Assembly: GCA_963788395.1 (NCBI GenBank)
Contig: CAWBGV010000020.1
Span: forward strand, 69,195-133,194
Direction: 5' to 3'
DNA from: Candidatus Doudnabacteria bacterium
GTDB lineage: Bacteria > Patescibacteriota > Doudnabacteria > UBA920
Length of the DNA: 64,000 bases
The number at the start of each line of letters is the position of its first letter. Within the stretch, counting starts at the first letter, position 1. The position numbers and the translations under genes are program-made. Shown here in pieces: positions 19,015 to 28,425 of the stretch. The notes beneath the pieces are model-generated. The model did not search any database. It was given only the letters and a program-made list of their open reading frames with translations, and was not told where the DNA came from.

Positions 19015-19164
19015 CCAGGGTGCCGGGGCACAGAACTACTCGAATTGTACTAATTAATTTAAGTACCCTAAAAAATGCCTAAGTCCAAGTCCCAAATTTT
19101 GTACTGGGTATCGGTGCTTATTGTAAGAATAATTAGGTCAATCAAAACAATTAGAATATTTTTT

Positions 19165-19848
19165 ATGTCTCATCCCATTGTAATTTCCCTCGGCGGCTCG
19201 CTCATTAATCCCGGCGCCATCGACACTCAATTTTTAAAAAGTTTCAGCGCTTTAATTGCGCGCCAGGCGGAAAGGGGTCGCGTTTTATTATTATTTGCGG
19301 CGGGGGGCGACCGGCGAGGGAAATACCAAGAGGCGCTACGAAAAATAACTGTCGAATCGATAATAATTTGGATTGGATGGGGATTGATGCGATGCGGCCG
19401 CACGCTCATTTTTTAATAATAGCTTCTGGAAGTTTAGCGGAACAGGGGATTCGTGGATAATTTTGATGTAGCGCATCGCTTTACAAGAAAGTCCTACTGG
19501 CCGGTGGCTGGAAACCGGGCCGCAGCTCCGACGGTGCTGCGGTCAAGCTGGCCGAACTGTATGGCGCAACTACGGTCATCAATCTGAGCAATGTCGATTA
19601 CGTCTACACCAAGGATCCCCGCAAATTCCCGGATGCCAAAAAAATTGAATCCGCCACCTGGACCGATTTTCTAAAAAATCATCGGCAGCAAATGGAACCC
19701 AGGCAAAAGCGTACCGTTCGACCCGACCGCCGCCAAATTTGCGCGGCAGCACGGACTGAAAGTCATTATTACCAACGGTAAAAATCTATCCAACCTAGAA
19801 AAAATCCTTGAAAGTAAACCGTTTGTTGGTACTACGGTATTCAAATAA
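19165..19848 (+). CDS. pyrH: Amino-acid-kinase family protein, UMP kinase-like (at least 2 frameshifts)
   Basis: MSHPIVISLGGSLINPG…, then …LLAGGWKPGRSSDGAAVKLAELYGATTVINLSNVDYVYTKDPRKFPDAKK…GLKVIITNGKNLSNLEKIL in other frames. Confidence 0.6.
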
Positions 19849-19867
19849 TTTCCAAGCGGAAAATTTA

Positions 19868-19900
19868 AATAACACACCCGGGCAGGCCGGGTGTGTTATT
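19868..19900. terminator. 14-bp perfect hairpin between convergent genes (no clear U-tract)
   Basis: AATAACACACCCGG-gcagg-CCGGGTGTGTTATT. Confidence 0.5.
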
Positions 19901-19911
19901 GTCTGCAAGTC

Positions 19912-21520
19912 TTAATTTACCTTGTACTCAGTTACATAAATCGTCGTTCCCAAATACGGCCTGACGTCGAAAAATTTTGGGTGTAAATAGCCACCCAATC
20001 GCGGGGGTCTTGGGCTGGTTAGAGCCAAAAAGCGTACGTCCACATAATCCATTCAGTATCGCCGGTATGAGCGTACTGGGCAAACGTTGGGGCCAGGTCG
20101 CTGTTGGAAAGCAGAGCCGAGCCTTCTACCGAGGACATCTCACTCAGATCATCGCGGCCGCCGGTATAGAGCAGCGGGGGAGTGGAAATAGGATAATAGG
20201 TCAGTTGTAGTATTTGTAATTAAAAAATTCAAATGAGGTGCCTAAAAAGACATGTTGGCCAGGCTCTACGTTCGCTGCCAAGTATTTGGCCGTGCCATTC
20301 ATACCCGGCTTGGTGGCTATATCTAAACTTTTCCAATAGTTGGCAAAGGCGACCAAATTAGTCAAAACATAAATAACGAACAGTCCGGTCCCAATCCACT
20401 TTATTCTTATTTCCGCCAGCCACGCCGCCAAAGCGAAGGAATAAAATACGGCCGCGAATAAAAAGTAACGGTCTTCGTAAACAGAAGTCCCATGGCACTG
20501 CAAACCTTGAGCGGTATGAGCGCAGGCCAGGCTTTTTAAATAAAAACCGACCGATCCTACAAACGGCAAGATAATAGCTAAGACGATTAGCCACTTTTCA
20601 AATTTTTGAGTTTTGCGAATAAACTGCCAGAGAAAAAATATGGTAAATAAGGTTACAATAATCAGTAAGACTTGAGTCGAGGTTTTTGTTGTGTCGTCAG
20701 CAAATCCCAAAAGAATTGACCAGAGGGTAGAAGGGATGCTCCACCAGGTCATATCGGGAATCCAATAGCTTTGGCCGACGGATTTTAGTTGGGAGAGAAA
20801 AATTTTAAACCAGGGCAGGAAGGCCACAAGAGATAAGAAACAAGAAAATAAAAAATAGAAGTATCTTTTATAGTTGGTTCGATAGTGGGCAATACAGTAA
20901 AATAATCCGTACAGCATCAATGCCGCGGCGGTGAACAATAAATAGTAGTGGGTTAAAATGATGATCGCAATACAAACTATAAATCCAAGATAGTTCCAAA
21001 GAAAACTCTTTTTTAAATTAATGTCCTGGGGCAGGTTGGGCATGTTGAGTTTTTGGTCTTCGTAAAACAGCTTTTGCTGGCGCAGAGCCTTCACCAAAAA
21101 ATAGGCGGCCATAATGGCAAAAAAAGCGCCAAAAGTGTACATTCTGGCCTCGGTGACATACTGGAGCTCAAAAGGGTTCAAAGCCACCAAAACCGCGGCC
21201 CAGAGGGCCATTTTTTGACTTTGGAAGGTCTCTTTTACAAACAAATAGGCCGCAGGAATGGTCAAAACCCCAAATAGCACCGAAAAACCGCGCAGCGACC
21301 ACATTTTGTCCCCAAAAATATAATGCCAAAAGCGCAAAGCAATATAGTACATTGGCGGATGCACATCCATAGCCAACCGCCGAAACATCTCGCCCCAAGA
21401 GTAGCGAATCATCAGCGCGCTAAATGCTTCGTCGTGCCACAATGAAATATCGGTATTATGATAAACCCGCAACGCAATCCCAACCAAAATAATTAACCAA
21501 AGAGGCCAAAGTTTTTTCAT
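19912..21520 (-). CDS. GT39/PMT_2 (ArnT-like) membrane glycosyltransferase, copy 1 (at least 2 C-terminal frameshifts)
   Basis: MKKLWPLWLIILVGIALRVYH…SLWHDEAFSA… polytopic protein. The C-terminal part (…PLLYTGGRDDLSE…FDVRPYLGTTIYVTEYKVN) continues past the track stop at 20201. The first 14 codons of the track ORF lie inside the repeat element. Confidence 0.7.
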
Positions 21521-21530
21521 AAGTGTTTTG

Positions 21531-21647
21531 CAATCTCCTCCCCGCCTGCCGTCACTATTCATGTTAGTAGGTTTAGGCGGAGAACCTACGTCTATCCACT
21601 CTAAATGTTATGTGCATGGCGGGCAGGCTATAATAGGAGGAGATTAG
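21531..21647 (+). repeat. Structured ~105-117-nt repeat element, copy A
   Basis: Outer stem AATCTCCTCC/GGAGGAGATT, inner hairpin GTAGGTT…AACCTAC. About 90% identical (by eye) over 105 nt to the reverse complement of 62065-62169. Confidence 0.75.
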
Positions 21648-21675
21648 GGACACCGATATCTTAATTTTAAAAAAA

Positions 21676-23420
21676 TTACTTTGCTTCATACACCGCCAAC
21701 ACCACTTCGCCGAACTGGTTGCGGGTGGACAGGGTTAAATAGGCTTCGGGGTGGTGTTGGGTAAATTTTTGTGTGTCAAAAATCGTACTTTCCGTAAACA
21801 CAACCGCCTGCCCAGATTTTAGCGGCGGCAACTGCCACGAACTGGCCGGGTCGACATCTTGATAGGGGACATTACAAGGGTCGTTAAAATTTCCCTTTGC
21901 GTTACTGGTCAAAAAGTCCGTAGTTTGCACAGAATATGGGTCTAGCACCAAAAAAGTAGTGCTCTTAGTCGAGCCTTGGCCGGCGGCCAAAGAATCCTCA
22001 CAACGGCTAACCAAATATTCGCTGACCGGCGTTAAATCCGCGCGAAACGAGTAAAAGTATTCCGGCGAATTAGCCGCGTAGACAAAATACAAAAAATACG
22101 TTTGCAGCGTCAGCGCAACCACAAAGCAGGCGCACAAAGTTAAAAAAGCCGCGCGAACCAAGCGCTGGCCCCGGGGCCAGTTGGTGTGCAAGCGTAAATG
22201 CAGTTTATAAAGATAAAAACAAAAATAATAAATCGCCACGGCCGAAATAATAAATACCGGCGGAATAGTTCCGGCGCTCCGCAGCCCGTGCGGAATACTT
22301 TCAGCCGTGCTAATTTCCGGAATCAGCATGCCCCAAAACCAACCCGTCAGCACATAATATTTCCAGTAGCCCGAACGCTTGTTCGGCGCAAAAAAATACC
22401 AAATCCCAAACAGCGAAATTACAATCAAACCCACCCCAAAGAATGGACTAACCAAAGGCGAGACCAGGGGGTAGCCCGAAATATTTTGCCGCCAGTTCAA
22501 ATCCCCGTGCGTAAAGAAACCCAGGACCGCAGTCTTGGTCACCTCGCCCAAAACACTCACCACTACTCCCAGCGGCGGCCGGGAGCTTAATTGCTGGCCA
22601 TCAACGGTATATAACGTTTGATTAAAAATACTCACTTGCCCGCTTCGGCCAATGAAAAAGTCAAAATTATGGTAAAAATAATCCGCGATCGGGAAAACCA
22701 CAATCACAAACATTATTGCGCACAACACCGCCAATTTCCAATAGTCTCGAACCGTCTGTTTAAACTGATGGTACTTAATTGTAGCTAACAATGGCCACAA
22801 AGTAATCATCAACAAAATCGGCGCCATAATCCGGTAAGCAATGTAGGTATAAAAACCCAGGGCAAAAGCAGCGCCGGTCAAGGCCGCGAACCACATCTTG
22901 GTTTTTTTAGTTTGCGATTGGTAGGTGCGCAGGAAAAAATACAGCGTCAGTGAACCGAACAGGGGAGTCAGATTGGCGCGCAGGGCCGTTCGCGAGAGTA
23001 CCACGTACCAACTCGAAACCGCCATCAAAAACATGGCCAACAGCGCAATAATTTTGGCCCGCCTGCGGCGGAATTCAAAATCTTCATCCTCCTTCCCGCC
23101 CATCAAAAATAAACGGTAGGTCACAAAATAGACCATAATCACGCTGAGCACGCCAATCAGCGCCGAGACTATATGCAATTGCCATTGGCCCTTGCCGAAC
23201 AGCGAGACACTGGCCCATTCCATGTAAAAAACAGGGCCTCACGTCCGTTACCCCGCTGGTAAAACGGCTGCAAGTCGCCCTGTTGCATCAAATTAACATC
23301 TAACCCATTCGCTGCCTCGTCCGGATACAAACCACCCGGCATGGTTGTAATTTGGTAAAACCGAAAAAAAATCGCTACCAGAATAATACCCACAAACAGA
23401 CCCTTTTGAAATTTGGTCAT
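21676..23420 (-). CDS. GT39/PMT_2 (ArnT-like) membrane glycosyltransferase, copy 2 (frameshift near 23220)
   Basis: The N-terminal part MTKFQKGLFVGIILVAIFFRFYQITTMPGGLYPDEAANG… (23169-23420) joins the polytopic ORF 21676-23223. Confidence 0.7.
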
Positions 23421-23473
23421 AAGTTAGTTTAGCTTGTCAAATTATATGTTTTTTGGTATAATAAAACAAATAT

Positions 23474-23824
23474 ATGGCATTTTTTTACACCCTTTTAAGA
23501 CCTTTTAAACAGTTTTTGTTTCTTTGGCTGCTGTGTTTAAGTATAAATATTATAACACTTTTATTAATCTATTACAAAATTCACCCGTCAAATAATTTTT
23601 TAGTTCTCCATTACAACGTTTTAGTCGGCGTAGATTCAGCCGGCAAAGGAATAAACTTTTATAATATTCCGCTGGTTGGATTTTTAATTTCCGCCGTCAA
23701 TTTTATTTTTTACCGGGCCGTAAAAACATTCCAGCCATTCTTAGCCTTCTTAAGCGTGTTCACCAGCATCTTTGTCCAATTAATCCTGTTTTTGTCTGTT
23801 GTCTTCTTAGTCAGAATCAATTAA
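23474..23824 (+). CDS. Small integral membrane protein (hypothetical)
   Basis: 116 aa, 3-4 TM helices. TGGTATAAT promoter at 23444-23452. Coupled to the GT2 gene. Confidence 0.5.
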   Translation: MAFFYTLLRPFKQFLFLWLLCLSINIITLLLIYYKIHPSNNFLVLHYNVLVGVDSAGKGINFYNIPLVGFLISAVNFIFYRAVKTFQPFLAFLSVFTSIFVQLILFLSVVFLVRIN

Positions 23825-23826
23825 CC

Positions 23827-25476
23827 ATGTTCCGCCGCCGCACCTTTAGCGAACGCATTTGGGAAATTTTACCCGGCTTACAATTCTGGCTGGTCTTTTT
23901 TGGGGCAATTTTACTGTCCTATTATCAGCCGGTTTGGGCCGCCTTATTTATAATTTGCTTCGATCTCTACTGGGTACTCAAAGCCATAAACGTAGCCACG
24001 CACTTAGTGGCCAGCTACAAAAAATTTCAATTATTCGTAACCATCCCCTGGATTGAGTATGTCGATTTACTGGCGGGCCGGCAGCACTTTTTAGATTTTC
24101 TGCGGAGTGAAGCCAACACCGCCAAAAGCTGGCTGAAAAAAAATTATCTGGGGCAAGAAATTACGCGTCTGGAAAAGATCTTTGCCCTGCCCGGCCGGAC
24201 TTTTCAGCATGGGGATTTTTACCATCTGATTCTTATTCCGTTTGTTGACGAGAGTTTTGAAGTCTTGGATTCAACGCTGGATGCAATTGCTCATTCAACC
24301 TACCCCAAAAATAAAATGATGATTTTGCTGGCCAGTGAGGAACGGGCCGGTGCCGCGGCCCAGAAGGTGGCAAAAAAAATTCACGACAAGTACGCGGCCA
24401 ATTTTTTTAAATTTTATATTACCGTCCACCCCGATGGACTGCCGGGAGAAATTAAAGGGAAAAGCGCCAATGCCAGTTACGCCGTTAAAACCTTTATTCC
24501 GGAATTACCAACCATGGGGTTAACTGCGGAACAAATACTGATTTCCAATTTTGATTCCGATACCATTGTCCACCCCCAATATTTCGCCCGGGTCATGTAC
24601 GAATTTCTGACCGCGGAAAAACCGTACCAAAGCAGCTACCAGCCGATTGCCATTTATAACAATAATATTTGGGATAGTCCGGCCATTATTCGCGTGGTTT
24701 CGGTTTCCAACTCTTTTTTCCAGTTTACCGAGAGCAGCCGGCCGGACCGCTTGCGAACGTTTTCTTCCCACACCATGACTCTCAAAGCTTTAATTGAAGT
24801 CGGCTTTTGGAAAAAAGATATTGTCAACGAAGATGGTTATATTTACTGGCAGTGCTACTTGCATTACAAAGGAGATTACCACGTCATCCCTTTATTTATT
24901 CCTATTTCTTTAGATACCTGCCTGGCCGACACCACCTGGCAAACTCTGGTGAATCAATACAAACAAAAACGCCGCTGGGCTTACAACGTTGAATACTATC
25001 CTCATTTACTGCCGCAATTATTAAAAAGTCAGGCCAGCCTGTGGGATAAAACGTACAAGCTCTACCAATATATAGAAGGAAACTTTAATTGGGCCACGGC
25101 TAGCATTTTAATTTCCTCTCTGGGATGGCTGCCGCTTTTATTAGGAGGTAATGGTTTCCAGGGCAGCGTCATTGCCTATAATTTGCCGCTGACAACTAAA
25201 ACCCTGATGACCATCGCTACGGGCTTTTTAATTTTTAGCGTATATATAAATTTAATTTTGTTGCCGCCGCGGCCGAAAAAATACAGCATTTGGCGCAGCA
25301 TCATGATGTACCTGCAGTGGTTTTTGGTTCCCCTGACGTCAGTTATTTTTGGCAGCTTGCCGGCAATTGAGGCCCAAACCCGGCTGATGTTCGGCGCCTA
25401 TTTAGAATTTTGGGTCACCCCAAAAGCCCGTAAAGGAGAAAATACGGGGTTGACCATGAAGGAAATGCATGGATAA
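23827..25476 (+). CDS. Membrane GT2 glycosyltransferase with QxxRW motif (processive synthase-like)
   Basis: ILIPFVDES…, FDSDT, and QYKQKRRWA (Q-x-x-R-W), flanked by TM helices. Confidence 0.7.
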   Translation: MFRRRTFSERIWEILPGLQFWLVFFGAILLSYYQPVWAALFIICFDLYWVLKAINVATHLVASYKKFQLFVTIPWIEYVDLLAGRQHFLDFLRSEANTAKSWLKKNYLGQEITRLEKIFALPGRTFQHGDFYHLILIPFVDESFEVLDSTLDAIAHSTYPKNKMMILLASEERAGAAAQKVAKKIHDKYAANFFKFYITVHPDGLPGEIKGKSANASYAVKTFIPELPTMGLTAEQILISNFDSDTIVHPQYFARVMYEFLTAEKPYQSSYQPIAIYNNNIWDSPAIIRVVSVSNSFFQFTESSRPDRLRTFSSHTMTLKALIEVGFWKKDIVNEDGYIYWQCYLHYKGDYHVIPLFIPISLDTCLADTTWQTLVNQYKQKRRWAYNVEYYPHLLPQLLKSQASLWDKTYKLYQYIEGNFNWATASILISSLGWLPLLLGGNGFQGSVIAYNLPLTTKTLMTIATGFLIFSVYINLILLPPRPKKYSIWRSIMMYLQWFLVPLTSVIFGSLPAIEAQTRLMFGAYLEFWVTPKARKGENTGLTMKEMHG

Positions 25477-25485
25477 TTGTGGAAC

Positions 25486-25536
25486 TAGGGATTAGGGGTC
25501 AATAAAGCCTCTGACCCTTCCCACCAACCCCTACCT
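25486..25536. repeat. Intergenic inverted repeat with TAGGGATTAGGGG 13-mer
   Basis: TAGGGATTAGGGGTCA…TGACCCTTCCCACCAACCCCTACCT lies immediately before the ATG at 25537. The 13-mer is the reverse complement of the 9540/9554 copies. Confidence 0.65.
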
Positions 25537-26658
25537 ATGCCCTACATTCTCTACTTCCTCATCGCCGCCCTACTTTCACTTCTCATTACACCGCTCGTTA
25601 AAAAACTGGCCGTGCGTTTTGGCCTAATCGACGTGGCTAATGTTCCGCGTAAAATTCACCCCCGGCCCATGCCCCTGCTGGGAGGTGTTGCCATTTACGC
25701 GTCTTTCTTGCTGCCGCTGTTTTTATATTTAGCTCTTACTCATGTTAATTACCATGTTGTACCGCTTAAATTTTTCTTAGCAATTATTGGCGGTGGATTA
25801 GTCTTAATTTTAGGCGGCTTTTATGATGATAAATACAACTTGCCGCCCAAAATTTTATGGTTATTCCCGGCTTTGGCCTCGTTAATTGTAATCTGGTCGG
25901 GGATTGGAGTGGGAATTACTTTTTTGTCTAACCCCTTTGGTCATCCCATCCGCCTAAATTATATTATTTTAGGTTTGCCGTTCTCCGGAATTTTTATGTG
26001 GGTCTGGATGATGGGCATGATTTTTACCACTAAATTTTTAGACGGGCTGGATGGCCTCTGCAGCGGCATCACCTTAATCGGCAGTGCGACTTTATTTACG
26101 CTGTCGCTGATGCCCAAACTAAACCAGCCGATTACGGCAACGATTGCAATTATTTTTTGCGGCAGTTTGGCCGGCTACTTATTTTACGCATTCAATCCGG
26201 CCTCGATTTTCCTGGGAGAAGGCGGCAGCACCTTTTGCGGTTTTATGCTGGGAGTACTGTCTATTATTCTTGGTGGAAAAATCGCCACGGCGCTGCTGGT
26301 TATGGGCATTCCCATTCTCGATGTCGCGTGGGTCATCGTCCGCCGCATGTGGTACGGCACCAGCCCCTTTCATGCTGACCGCCAGCATCTGCACCATCGG
26401 CTGTTAGATGTGGGATTCTCACAAAAACAAACAGTACTTATCTTATACGCGATTTCAATTATTTTTGGCTTTACGGCGGTGTTTTTGCAATCTTTCGGCA
26501 AACTCATTGCGTTGACCCTCCTATTTTTAGTCATGCTAATTTTGGCCATAACCGTAGTGGTTTTGTACAAAAGAAAGCATCCCCATATTCCGGATTTGTT
26601 CGACTTCCAAGTCCAGCAGGAGTTGACGAAAAAGGATGATTCTGATAAACTAATGTAG
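25537..26658 (+). CDS. GT4 polyprenyl-phosphate sugar-1-phosphate transferase (WecA/MraY family)
   Basis: DDKYNLPPK, TKFLDGLDGL and IFLGEGGSTFCGFMLG, with about 10 TM helices. Confidence 0.8.
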   Translation: MPYILYFLIAALLSLLITPLVKKLAVRFGLIDVANVPRKIHPRPMPLLGGVAIYASFLLPLFLYLALTHVNYHVVPLKFFLAIIGGGLVLILGGFYDDKYNLPPKILWLFPALASLIVIWSGIGVGITFLSNPFGHPIRLNYIILGLPFSGIFMWVWMMGMIFTTKFLDGLDGLCSGITLIGSATLFTLSLMPKLNQPITATIAIIFCGSLAGYLFYAFNPASIFLGEGGSTFCGFMLGVLSIILGGKIATALLVMGIPILDVAWVIVRRMWYGTSPFHADRQHLHHRLLDVGFSQKQTVLILYAISIIFGFTAVFLQSFGKLIALTLLFLVMLILAITVVVLYKRKHPHIPDLFDFQVQQELTKKDDSDKLM

Positions 26659-26765
26659 CTATTTTGTTAGGAAGTAGGTTGTAGCTTATTAGCTTCTTTA
26701 GACAAGTGAAGCTACTAACACCCTCCTAACAAGCTACTACCTAATAAGCTAAAAAGCTAACTACT

Positions 26766-27071
26766 ATGGCAGCAATTATTCAAACCGGCGGCAAACAGTA
26801 CCTTGTTTCCGTAGGCGATAAAATCCAGGTCGAAAAACTGGCCGGAGAAGCCGGAGAGATCGTCAAATTTAACGAAGTCTTACTTTCAACCACCAATGAC
26901 GACTTAAAAGTCGGCAAGCCAACCATAACCGGCGCGATTGTCGAAGGTAAAATTATCAAACAAGCGCGCGGCAAAAAAATCCACGTCTTAAAGTATAAAG
27001 CTAAAAGCAAGTACCGCCGAAAAATCGGCGCGCGCCAGCACTATACTGAAATTGAAATCACCAAAGCCTAA
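26766..27071 (+). CDS. rplU: 50S ribosomal protein L21
   Basis: MAAIIQTGGKQYLVSVGDKIQVEKL…KIHVLKYKAKSKYRRKIGARQHYTEIEI. Confidence 0.9.
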   Translation: MAAIIQTGGKQYLVSVGDKIQVEKLAGEAGEIVKFNEVLLSTTNDDLKVGKPTITGAIVEGKIIKQARGKKIHVLKYKAKSKYRRKIGARQHYTEIEITKA

Positions 27072-27101
27072 AAAAAATCCCGACCTGGTCGGGATTTTTT
27101 T
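27071..27101. terminator. Bidirectional terminator (rplU / pilin gene)
   Basis: AAAAAAAATCCCGACC-TGG-TCGGGATTTTTTT. Confidence 0.8.
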
Positions 27102-27684
27102 AACACGAAGTATATGAGTACGGGCCTCCGAGTATAAAATAATTATTGCTATTGCCATTTGGGCAAAGAGGAGACTGGCTCGGTTGACCGCATAGCGGGT
27201 TATCAGAAACATAATTCAGAGTCCCATACATCATGTAAGTACCAATAGGAACAATCAGACACTCGCCGTTTCCTAAATAATAAGTAAAAGGAACCTCGGT
27301 CTGGATAGCTTGGTCAAAAATCCGATAATCGTACGGTGGTAATTTCCCCGGGGGTTGAGGCAAAGCGGCTACGTACGGTTGCATTGCGGGCCCAAGAGTA
27401 GCATTGTAGTCGGGGGTATTAGATGGGAAATCCGCCGGTGACGTATCGCCGTAATAATATAAGGGATAATAACCATTATCTGAGTAATAAAGCTCAAAAG
27501 CATTTGCCATTTGGTTTAAATCGCCAATAACTTTTTGATCCTGAGCCTTCAGAGCAGCTTGATGCGTAGTTGATACTACAATCGACGCCAAAAAGCCGAT
27601 AATGGAAATTACCACCAATAACTCTATTAGCGTAAACCCTCCATTTTTTTGGGTTTTAGAGTTTTTATTTCTAAATTTTGGCAT
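27100..27684 (-). CDS. Type IV pilin-like protein (prepilin N-terminal methylation motif)
   Basis: …KNGGFTLIELLVVISIIGFLASIVV… then AALKAQDQKVIGDLNQMANAFELYYSDNGYYP. Start taken at MPKFRN. Confidence 0.8.
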   Translation of the reverse strand: MPKFRNKNSKTQKNGGFTLIELLVVISIIGFLASIVVSTTHQAALKAQDQKVIGDLNQMANAFELYYSDNGYYPLYYYGDTSPADFPSNTPDYNATLGPAMQPYVAALPQPPGKLPPYDYRIFDQAIQTEVPFTYYLGNGECLIVPIGTYMMYGTLNYVSDNPLCGQPSQSPLCPNGNSNNYFILGGPYSYTSC

Positions 27685-27743
27685 ATGTATGCAAAGTTTT
27701 CCTGCAGCTTTGCTCGGCATATGTTTTTTCAAACCTTAACTAT

Positions 27744-28352
27744 CTAATATTCCCGCCTGCCTTCCAAGGCTCTCATTAACGTTATATCGTCAGCATACTC
27801 TAAATCGCCGCCCATTGGCAAGCCTCTGGCGATGCGGGTGATTTTGACCTCCGGATATACTTTTAACATTTTAGAAAGATGCATGGCGGTCGTTTCGCCC
27901 TCCAATGAAGGATTAGTGGCAATAATAATTTCGGTAATAACCGGCGTTGCCGCCTTGATGCGGAAAATAAGCGAATCAATTTCCAACTTATCGGGACCAA
28001 TCCCTTCCAGCGGATTTAGAGTTCCCCCTAATACATGGAACACCCCTTTGTATTCATTGGTCTTGTCTATAGCTACGGCATCCAGAGTTTCTTCTACCAC
28101 GCAAATTATAGAATGGTCGCGTTGGGGATCGGCGTCTATAGAACACGGGTCACTTTCGGCCATCATGTGACAGACCGAACAAAAAACCACGCTGGTCCGC
28201 AATTGAGCGATGGCCTGGGAGAGGTTGGCCAGGTCAATGGGATCGCGCTTCAATAAATAAAACGCCAAGCGCTGGGCAGTCTTATGCCCAATACCGGGAA
28301 GCTTGGAGAATTCGTTTATTAAGCGTTCTAATGAGTGGGGGAGTTTGGCCAT
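27744..28352 (-). CDS. recR: Recombination protein RecR
   Basis: LINEFSKLPGIGHKTAQRLAFYLL, a C4 zinc finger (CSVC…C), and a Toprim domain. Start taken at MAKLPHS. Confidence 0.9.
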   Translation of the reverse strand: MAKLPHSLERLINEFSKLPGIGHKTAQRLAFYLLKRDPIDLANLSQAIAQLRTSVVFCSVCHMMAESDPCSIDADPQRDHSIICVVEETLDAVAIDKTNEYKGVFHVLGGTLNPLEGIGPDKLEIDSLIFRIKAATPVITEIIIATNPSLEGETTAMHLSKMLKVYPEVKITRIARGLPMGGDLEYADDITLMRALEGRREY

Positions 28353-28425
28353 AGTATTAACGATGAGCGAACAGCGAATAGGCAATAGAAAATAGACTTG
28401 GTTGTCTTCTCTATTCGCTATTCAC
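28353..28425. repeat. Intergenic hairpin carrying the AGCGAATAGGCAATA 15-mer (also at 47687-47701)
   Basis: AGCGAATAG (28373-81) pairs with CTATTCGCT (28411-19). The 15-mer at 28373-28387 is identical to the one upstream of prfA. Confidence 0.65.

Noticed and set aside
19977-20210. ORF 19977-20210 (plus strand, 77 aa)
   Set aside because: The opposite strand here encodes the frameshifted C-terminal part of the GT39 protein (…PLLYTGGRDDLSE…RPYLGTTIYVTEYKVN), which explains the open frame.
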